From positions 206,398,001 to 206,462,000 of the forward strand of contig OZ024741.1 of assembly GCA_964016885.1 (NCBI GenBank): DNA of 64,000 bases, in the 5' to 3' direction. Positions 1 to 10,058 of the stretch are shown piece after piece. Numbering within the stretch: the first letter of the stretch is position 1; every line of letters starts with the position of its first letter. The translations under genes and the position numbers were made by a program. The notes under the pieces are model-generated. The model saw only the letters and a list, made by a program, of their open reading frames with translations. It made no database searches and had not been told where the DNA came from. The stretch is from Eledone cirrhosa. Taxonomy: Eukaryota.

Positions 1-3000
1 ATCTCTGTGCTTGACCAGTTGATAACATTGTAACTGTAGGTTACTACTGGTATGGCAAGCGTGTTTATGGCATCGATCCTATTCCTTGCATTCAATTCCG
101 TTCTTAAGATTGCTCTTACTCTGCGGTAACATTCCTTCCTTATCCTTTCCCTCATTGTCGATGGCTTGATTCCGTCTCCTTCAAAAAACCTAGATATTTG
201 TAAGTTTCCTCTTGATCAAGTTCTCTTATCACATTCCCCCGATCAAGATTAAGGTCTGAACTTTTCAGCAGCTTTCCTCTGGTGAACGTTGCTTTGGCCC
301 ATTTATCTAGTCCAAACTCCATTTTAATATCATCACTGAACTGCTTCACAGTGGATAATAGCCCTTGCAATTGTTCATCATTTTTTGCAAATAGTTTCAG
401 GTCATCCATGTAGAACAAGTGATTAATGGTTTTGTCATAGACTTTATATCCATGTTTTGTTTCATTGAGCATTTTACTTAATGGTATAAGCGCGATGCAG
501 AATAAAAGCGGTGATAAAGAGTCACTCTGAAAATATCCACAATTAATATTAACTTCTCCAGCTTCCAGTGATTTTGTTTCACTATTCAAAAGGAGTATCG
601 TTTTCCATGTCTTCATACTGTATGACAAGGACCTTCAGACAACGGGAGATATTTTGAAAATCTCTAAACATTTTTCAATCCAACTGTGTGGCAAACTATC
701 GAATGCTTTTTTATAATCTATCCAAGCAATTGATAGATTTTTGTGTCTATTATGACAATCTTCCAGTATCATTTTGTTAACCAAAAGCTGATCCTTACAG
801 CCATATGAGCCTCGTTTCCACCCTTTCTGCTCATTGGGAAATAGGTCATTTGTTATCAGGTGGTCATATGTATATTCAGTTAGGACTGATGTTAAAATGT
901 TATACATTGTGGTCAAGCAAGTTATCGGTCTGTAATTTTTGGGATTGTTTGTCACATCATTCTTCGGAAGCTGGAATGTAATGCCGTTAACTAGCCATGA
1001 TGGTATCTTTTCTGGCTCCTTAACTATTTCATTGTAAAGTTGGGCTAACAGCTCATGAGACTCTGTGAAGGCATTTATCCAAAAATTTGGTATTTTGTCT
1101 TTTCCTGGGGATTTCCAATTGCTGGTTTTTCTAAGAGCCAAACGCAACTGTTCAACTGTTATATTTTACCATATTTGTTCCTCAAGGTGAGCTGTATCTT
1201 TCAATTGCCTGTCTATCCATGGGGCATGTATATTATGAACTTTTTCTTCGGCCCAGATCTTTTCCCAGAATTCTTGCACTTCCTCCTTGGGTGGTATTGA
1301 TTTAGCAGTTATTGTTGACTTACCAATTTTTCTGTAGAAGTTTCTTTGGTCGTTTTTTAACATATTATTGTCCTTATAGAATCTAAATCGTTTTTCAAAG
1401 CGCCTTATACGTGCAGCTTTGGCCGACACTTTTTGCTTGATTATTTCTATCAGTATGTCTATTTCACTTGTTGATTTTATACTGTATTTTCTTTTCAATT
1501 TTCTAAGTTTAGTTTTTTTTAACATGTTCACCTACTTTGTAGTTTGTTAAAATTTCTGTCAGATCGGGGAAGGTTTATTTGGCGATTGATGTTCTCTTGT
1601 TGGAATTCCTTTGTTTTGTCATTTTCACTCCACATAAGTGAGTGGTAACTTTAGCTGATGCATAATAGAGATGATTTAAATCAGTAATGTTTAGTTTGTT
1701 TGTGATGATAATGTTTTTGAGAATTATGTTAGTCTTGTGTTTTATCTGTTGGTTCTGTTTGGAGTTCTGAATCTTAGAGAGGGTGTCTCGTTCCCCCATG
1801 TCAGATTCTTTCATTTTCATCCATTCGATCATAATTACATCCTTCAAGTTGGCAAGTTCATTCTCATTCATTTCTTTATCATTTACGATCTCATTGTTTT
1901 CATTTTGAGTTTCATCTTGAGCATGCACTCCCTCCACTTTTTCGACCCTTTCTTTAATTTGTTCTGTTGTCAGTGATTCCGCCCCAACCCTGGGATTCAA
2001 AGTGTTACAATTTACTTCGTTTTCACTGACACATGTTTCATTTTCCATTCGCTGACTTTGTGCTAATAGCTTGATCTGATCAATTTCTGTATCAGTTAGT
2101 AACTTTTTTTAACAATATTTCTTCGTATATTGGCTAGTTTGTTACTGTCAATATAGCCTCTGTTTTCGGGATGTTTCTTTTTCCAGTTGATATATGTCTG
2201 TTCGATGTATTTGATGGGTAGTACATGGCAGTGTAGAAAGCCTCAAGGACTTCTTTATTATCTTCCCTTGACCATTTCTCTCTCTTTTTCTTTGGATTTC
2301 TTGGTGGTGAGCATGGAGGGCCAACAGTAGGAGTATTCCGATTATGGGAGGTCTCCAGTTCTGAAGTGATGGGAAGGTTTGAACCATTAGCTGATTGTTC
2401 GACCCCAGTCTGGTTCCTCTGAGGGATGCGGGCCTTTTTGACCCGGGTGACGGCCGATCCGGTATGAGATTTTATCATTTGACATTGACTTTATTTTGTC
2501 GCGTTTTATCCTTAACCGCCAAGGGGTAATCATTTCGTGTTACCACTTCTAGGACGAGTGTCAACCAAGACTAGAGGGGTCGTCCTCCCCTAGAGACACG
2601 GATATTCCTCGCCGGCCGCCGTCCCGGTATTTCTTGGTCATGGGGTTTTCTTTTTTGTTGTTTATTAAATTGTTATTATCATGAGTGGTTCCTTAATGTG
2701 AGCATTGCGTGGCTTAAGAATGAAATTATTAATAATATAATATACTTTTTGCTGAAGTTGCCTGTTATTGTTGTTGGCTATGTCGGTGGTGGTGCTGGGG
2801 CTTTTTCTATTGTTGGTGGGGAAGGGAGGGGGAGAGCTAGCAGTGCTAGAGTCGTTGACATTTGACCGAGTCACTAAGTCAATCTATTTATATCTTTTGC
2901 TAGTCTCTCCCTTGTCTAGTGATACCGCCACCTTCCCCTTTCTTAAGTTAACAGAAGGTAATGGGGGAATAGTGGTGGTAGCAATGAAGGAGTGGTGGCG

Positions 3001-3610
3001 GCGGTGATGGGATAGTGGTAGCAATGATGGATGAAGTGGTGGCGGCGGTGACTATAGTGATGGCGTTGTCGTTACTGAGTTTTGTTGAATAGACTGTAGT
3101 TTGTTTGATCTGTGTATCTATGCGGTCTGTCGGGTATGTTTAATATATGTGTTGACATATTTACTTAATATTTGAATTAAACATTTTGAGAAAACTTGAG
3201 ACAATAATAATAGTAATTATTATTATTATTATGCTGGGATTGGTGGTGGTGGTGGTGAAATTGCCGTTATCTGGCTGTTGTATTTAGTGTACACAGAGGG
3301 GTGATGTGATAGGTGGTGTATATAGTTAGTGGTTTTGGTGAAATTGCTGTTATTTGGCTCTTCTATATAGTGTAGACAGAGGAGGTTTTCTTCCATTTAT
3401 AACCATTTTCTTTTTTTAATATAAAATTTATAATATTTGAGCGATATAACAGGATATGATGGATCCGAATTTTCTGAGAGTTGAGTCTGGTGCTTTATGT
3501 ATCATTTGTACTAAGAATTGTTATATCACAATTGTTTTAAATATGTTAAAAATCAAAAACTTATGGGAGTGATTTCATGACCTTCTATCCACCACCTGCG
3601 TCTTCTTCCC
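1..3610 (-). mobile_element. R4/Dong-clade non-LTR retrotransposon, family A, degenerate copy A1 (3' part runs off the window)
   Basis: Frameshifted ORF pieces 152-2478 carry RT motifs (KSPGKD, NYRPITCL, WIDYKKAFDS, QSDSLSP, HLFYMDDLKL). Colinear with the copy at 49231-54097. 5' end (GGGAAGAAGACG) abuts (TTA)n at 3611. Confidence 0.9.
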
Positions 3611-3630
3611 TTATTATTATTATTATTATT
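3611..3630. repeat. (TTA)n microsatellite between head-to-head Dong and Tx1 elements
   Basis: ttattattattattattatt read directly. Confidence 0.95.
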
Positions 3631-4081
3631 GGTCTATGCCGACGTATTTTGCACGCTCCCAGTAAGTCGCTTTATTTGCCTGTTAAAATTATTTGTTGTT
3701 AAATATTTTTTGTTGTGTAAGGGATATAAGCCCTTAGAATTTGCCCTGTGAAGGGGAAAGTATAATATTTGGGCCTTTTCGCCCAAATATTTGAATTTGT
3801 TTTACATGTTAAAACATTTACGGAGAAAAAAAACATGGCTGAGCCACGCCCCCCAACGATATGTCTGCTGTCGTGCGGCAACGGCTTGGAAGTTGAGAGG
3901 AACGCTACAGCGAAATTAACATAAATTGATAACACAAACACCACCACAAACAATGTAAACAAAGACACCAATGATACCAATGAGAACTCTAATTTAAAAA
4001 AAAACGACAGTAACAGCGACAACGAAAATACAGATAACAAAAAAAAATGACAAATGCAACAACAATATCAACACTACTAAC

Positions 4082-5053
4082 ATGAAAACAAATAGCGACA
4101 ACACCAACAGCAACAATACCAACTGCACCGAGAACAACGGTGGCAACAAAGACAACAATGATAACAACGACAGTGCTAACAACAACACCAACAAGAACAA
4201 CGACAACGACCACGACCACAACACCCCCAACGAAAACAAGAACACTGCGGCAGCAGCAAAAAAGAGGCCATGCTTCAACATGGACTTCTCAAATAAAGAT
4301 GAAAAGTTGGCCCAGGCATGGAAGTTCATCAAGCAAGAGCAAACCTGGGCCAACTTAACTGTCCCGGTAGAACCTATTGAGGCAGTGGAGCGCAGAACGG
4401 TGCATTATAGATGCATCTCAGCACAAACCAAAAGGGCACATTTAATCCCACAAGAAGATGTCGAAGTCGCGTTGAGGTGCATCAGAGAAGACACCGAATA
4501 CATAGAGAGGGGCAGACAGTACGGCACCATTTCGGGGTTGTTCAAGTCAGAAGCCCTCGCTATGAAACACGCTATGACTCCTTGCAAAACCAGCAAGGTC
4601 ATAATGTACCCCTCCCATATGGGAAAAAGAACGGCCCGTCTCCGCATTCCCAGAATCCCACCAGGACTTGACATGTGGTGGCTTATGGGATGTGTGATTG
4701 TGGAGGGGACCGATACCGTCCCTATAGAAGTGACCAGAACGGCCAGAGAGGACTGGTCCAGGGTTGACCTGGAGATCCTTCTCCAGATCAGGCCCGAGAA
4801 TGTGAAGACAATCCCCGACCACACCCGCCTTCAGAATGGGACGGTCATTCACATTATGACCGAAGGCAAAAGGCCGCAGTGTTTTGTTTGTGGAGAAAAA
4901 ACCCATTTGCGAGCCTTCTGCCCTCAACTGCTGAAAGAGGCAAGGGGTCGAAAGGCTCCACTGCTGCTGGCGCCGCGGCGAGGATCACAACCAACACCAG
5001 CACCGGAAAAACCACCAACAACAACACCAATAGAAAGACCACCACCAAAATAG
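4082..5053 (+). pseudogene. Tx1 ORF1 (gag-like, zinc knuckle), disrupted
   Basis: CFVCGEKTHLRAFC = Cx2Cx4Hx4C. Probable true ATG at 3835 is out of frame, and the C-terminal part continues to ~5790 after disruptions. Confidence 0.8.
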
Positions 5054-5786
5054 ACCACCCAGGGGGGAAACGAGGAAAGCTGTCAAATTCCCCCTCCCCC
5101 CAAAATACACACCAATAAAACCATAAACAGACATACAGACACATTTACAGACACAGACCCCCTCATCTACCAGTAGTGAAGATGAGGTAAAACCAAAATC
5201 CCCCAAAATACAAAAAAGGAAACACAAAAAGAAAAAAAAAACTCAACAAAGCACAAAATCACCCACAATAAAAAACGCAGATACCACCCACGCAAACATC
5301 TCTCAAATAACACCAACATCAACACCACCATCACCATCACCAGAATCCCCCAAACGCAAACAACCTAAACAGACGAAAGAACAAATATACACACAAACAT
5401 CTGAAACCACAGACACAGATACAACCGAAACAACACCACCAAAACCATCACCACCACAGCCACGCAAACAAATAAAATCACACCAACAAAACATACCAAA
5501 CCTCGTGCTCGTCAGGAGGGCCAACAAGGAACTGATGCCCCTCGTAGCACGAAGTGAAAATATACAAAAAGAGGGGGACATTTTTAAATCGAGTACATTT
5601 CGAGTGCCGGAAGATTTGGTGCTGGTGCGAATGTCGCTCGATATATTCAAAGAAATACGAGACAGCTTTCCTCGGGACATGGGAACCCCGAACTTAAAAC
5701 CCACTTCAAGACTTTTAAAGGGGTTCCCAAAAGAAACCCCAACTATGGAGGTCGAACAACCCGACCTTCACAAGAGCCCGTATCAC

Positions 5787-7945
5787 ATGGCCGTATTAAG
5801 AGTAGGATGTTTAAATGTTCGAGGCCTGGGATCGTCCTGGAAGCAGGGTGACCTGCTCAACGACCTCAGGTCTATAGAAATGGATGTAATTGCCGTCAGC
5901 GAGACCAGGATTTCCGACACCCGCGCACTAGCCCCCATTTTCGACGACTATAAGATCTTTGCATCTGTTAGCCGGCCGGGAATGGGAGGGGGGTGGCAGT
6001 GCTGTTTAGGAAAGGCCTGGATCTCGAGGTAAGATCGATCTTCCGGGACCCGGACGGGAAGTTTGTGGTCCTGGACGTGAACAATAACGAAGGTGGTGCC
6101 TTTATACTGGTGGCCGTCTATGTTCCTACTGGGGCAGGGCGGCCGGACTTCTTTAGACGCCTGGAAGCCTTTCTGGGTACGTCTCACTCTTTACTGTTAG
6201 CGGGGGACTGGAACGGCATCTTAGACGCACGCTGCGACTGTGTGGGAGTATCCGATAGGAGCGGGGCTGCAAAAGCCTCAAGAACCTGATCAGCCAGTTC
6301 CAACTGTCTGACAGGTACCGACTAGATTTCCCTAATGCGCCAGTGTGGACCTGGGCTAACCGCATAGGGTCATCTAGATCGTATATAGACAGGATATTCA
6401 TTAGGAAAATAAACAGAAATAGTGTAAGCTGTCCACGTTTTGAAACGGTCGCCTATTCAGATCACAAGTTTGTAATCTGTACGGTCGACCTAGAAAAGAC
6501 GCGTAGGTTAGGACCTGGTTGCTGGAAGCTAAACATGTCATTTCCGGCACGTAAGGCTTACAGAGACCAGGTGAACAATTTAGTTAAGAAAAAGTTGATA
6601 GGGCGGATCTTCAACAATAGATGTTGGTGGGGGGGGGTCTCTCAAAAGAGAGATTAGAGTAATGTCGACAGAGTTTAGCAAAGAAGTAGCGTTAGAGAAA
6701 AATAGAAAGGAGGGAGAGTTGGTAGATAAGTTAGACGAAGCGATTGGTAGTGGCATTGCAACTGACGTGCTAGCGGCGAGAATGGCATTAGACCATTTCT
6801 TCAATGCGAAACACGAAGGACTTGTTCTCCAATCTCCTCGAAGCCCTCTACTGCAACTGGCAGCAAAACGGGAGTATTTCCAGTTCTGTGAGCCGGGGCG
6901 TAGTGACGCTGATAAGGAAAGACGAGAACAAGAGGGACACATTAGACAATTTCAGGCCCATAACTCTGCTCAACAAAGAGTTTAAGATTTTGGCCAGGGT
7001 GTTAGCGAAGAGGTTGGCGCTTGTCGTCGGGGATTTGGTTGGGGAGGCGCAAACTTGCGCAATCCCAACCAGGTTCATACACGACAACCTCCACCTAATG
7101 CGATACATCATAGAGAGGGTAGGGTGTAAACCTGGCTTCGGTCGGGCTCTGATCAATTTAGATCAATCGATAGCATTCGATAGGGTCGACCATCGGTACC
7201 TGGAGGCTGTCCTCAAGGCGGCTGGCTTCGGCCCCATCTTCAGAAGCTGGATCGCTGCAATGCACAGCGGCACCTGCTCGATGGTAAAAGTTAATGGCCA
7301 CCTCTCGGAACCGTTTCAGATCTCTCGATCGGTCCGTCAAGGGTGCCCTCTCTCTCCTCCCTTCTGTACGTATTGACTCTCGAGCCTTTACTGCGGAAGC
7401 TGGAGCTGTTGCAGGGCATCCCGCTCGAACCGGGACGCGGAAAGGCTGTGTCGGCTTATGCGGAGGACATCACCGTGATGGTGTCGGACACCTTAGAAAT
7501 GGATGTGGGCGGCAACTTATTGGAGGAATATGAAAGGTTGACGAGAACAAAACTTAACCCGGAAAAGTCAGTGGGCTTGCAACTCGGCACCAGGAGAGCC
7601 AAGTCCATGCCGTCCAACAGCGTCGTTAGGCGCTGGTCGGACGGACCGGTAAAGTTGCTAGGGGTTTGGTTCGGGCCAGACCTCCAGGTGGATAAGAATT
7701 GGGACGAGGTGACGGGCAGGGTTGTCAGTCTCACCCAGAAATGGGCTGGGATGAAGCTATCACTGAAAGGTCGGGCGGAGGTGGCGAACGCGTACATCGC
7801 GTCCGTCATCTACTACCGTCTGACTGTCGTCCCTTGCCCACGTTCTCGCCTCGCCATCTTGGAGCGGCCCCTCTTCAAATTCTTGTGGAGGGGTAAGATT
7901 CCGCTAGAGAGGCGGTTCATCTGCTGCCAGCACCCTCTACGTGGA
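5787..7945 (+). pseudogene. Tx1 ORF2 (APE endonuclease + reverse transcriptase), frameshifted, internal deletion near 6818
   Basis: ORF fragments 5505-7981 contain the APE and RT motifs in order. Confidence 0.88.
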
Positions 7946-8048
7946 GTGACCCACCTAATACAGGGGTTCACTCGTAAATAATACGGCACCCCTTTACGGG
8001 GTGTCGTATTCGTATTTGTGTAAAATATTTTATTTGAAAAATTTCAAC

Positions 8049-9973
8049 ATGGATAACACAAGAAAGAGAGAGAGCGCTGTCAGACAACACAGAGAGAGGG
8101 AGACTTTATCAGCATGTCAACAAGACAGCGTTCCAGCGGAGGTAAATATAAACGAAAATATTACAAAGGAAAAAAAGATTGTTACATATTTAAAATTAAC
8201 AAATATTTCTAACACAAACAACACCAACAATAACACCAACAGCAACACCAACAACAACACCATCAATAACAACAGCAACAACAAAAATAACAGCGGTAAA
8301 GTCGAGAACGACAATAACAATGACAATAACAACAGCCACAACAACAATAATAGTAGGAACAGCATCAACAAAAACAACAACAATAACAACAGCCACAATA
8401 ACAGTAACAACAGCAACAGTACCAACGAAAACAACAACAATGACACCGATACGTGTAATAGCGATCTCAGCACCACCAGTAAGACCAGTAGCGGCAGCAA
8501 TAGTGGTGCTGCTGAAAAAGGGACCACTTTTGCAGGTGTTACCCGAAATATCGAGACAGTGTTAGTCAGAGAGGAGGAGATGGCAGTTGCAAGGGCCATG
8601 GTGACAAGAAGAGCCAATAGAGTCTCCCTGAAACCCCCACCCGATATTTTCAAGGACCAGCAGCTACGGACGGTGACTTACCGCACCGCAAGCAAAATCT
8701 CACATCAAGTGGAGAGAGCCACGGAGGCTCAAATCCCAAAGGCCTTGGGGTGCGTCTGGGCACGCAAAACCCACATCACCCGAGGCAGAAAGTACGCCAC
8801 AGTAGACGTACTTTTCGCCACCCCCCAGGAAGCAAAGTCTCACTCTTTGGAAACCCTAAAGAGTGAGGAGATAGTCTTGGTGCCCTCCTACTGCGGGCAG
8901 AAAATTGTGAGGGTCAAAGTGACTCAGGTCCCACCCGACGTGCCCATACCTTGGCTGGCCGCGTCTGTCCTTGCTGGAATCGAGAACAGGGCGACCATGC
9001 TGCAAGTAGAAAAAATAGGGAGAGAGAGCTGGTCAGGTATAGGCATACAAATGCTTATACAAACTGACCAGGAATGTATCGACGCTATCCCCGATATCAT
9101 AGACTTCGAGGAAGGACTCCAACTCCCTATAAGTGTAGAAGGAAGACGGCCAAAATGTTATCTCTGTGGGTCGAAGGGTCTCCTCAGGGCCTTTTGCCCG
9201 CAGATGACAGCGAAGAAGGCCCCTCTCCTTCCAATACCTGGTCCGCTGCTACCAAGAGCAGGGCAGGCAACAAACGAAGAAACCCCTTCCACGGTGAGTA
9301 GGAGGGCAATGTCCGTAGCACCCGTACCAAGGCCACGGACAACTAAAGCAGCATCATCAGTAGCGGCAACACCAATAGCTCCATTTGAAGTAGCTACACC
9401 AGCAACAAAATTGCCGAAGAGGGCTCCACTACCACCACCAACAGCCGTAAAGCACATACCCCTCCCAGACGCCACAGCATCCGACATGGAGTTTGAGGCG
9501 GGAGTGAAGTGGCAAACGGTCTGCCACAAAAAAGAAAAAAAGAAAAAAACCCCTTAGATTCACCCTCCAAAAGCGAAGACATACAAAGAGGGGTAAAGGC
9601 AGCAAGGAAACTTGCAGCAACACCACCACCATCACCACCACAAACACCAACAACGCAAACACAACAAGACACACACACCAAACAGCAACAAGAAGAAAAC
9701 AGCAACAAAATCACCCCTCCCGCCAAAAAGTACACAGCCATAAACATGGCAAAAAAAGAACTCATACAATATATAAAGCAGCACACAGACATCACAGAAA
9801 AAAACTACTACACCCCACCAACACCAAGAACTCTCCCGACAAACATAAGCATCATCGAAATCACAATAGAACAGTACAAACCTTTAAAACAAAAATTCCC
9901 CAACGCAGTGGAGATTTCAGAGGGTCGGTTACCAAGAGGATATACACTGACATCCTCTTGGAAACACCCATGA
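8049..9973 (+). pseudogene. Tx1 ORF1 of T2 (one frameshift near 9540)
   Basis: 518-aa and 154-aa ORFs homologous to ORF1 of T1 and T4 (GRRPKCYLCG...RAFCPQ). Confidence 0.8.
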
Positions 9974-10058
9974 CCAGCGAAAGGGACGGTTCTACTGTCC
10001 CTTCACCACACGAACAAGGTAAGTGACTCTTTCTCACTTGCCCCATTTCTCATCCAAC

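Larger units (their letters stand above)
3631..7945 (+). mobile_element. Tx1/L1-clade non-LTR retrotransposon T1, degenerate and 3'-truncated
   Basis: ORF1 with Asn-rich N-terminus and CCHC knuckle. ORF2 from ATG 5787 with APE motifs (CLNVRG, SETR, GDWN, SDH) and RT motifs (FRPITLLN, LDQSIAFDRVDH, RQGCPLSP, AYAEDI). Confidence 0.88.

Noticed and set aside
8117-8653. Hydrophobic Leu/Val-rich 'membrane protein' ORFs (also 3699-4353)
   Set aside because: They are antisense translations of the AAC-rich ORF1 N-termini.
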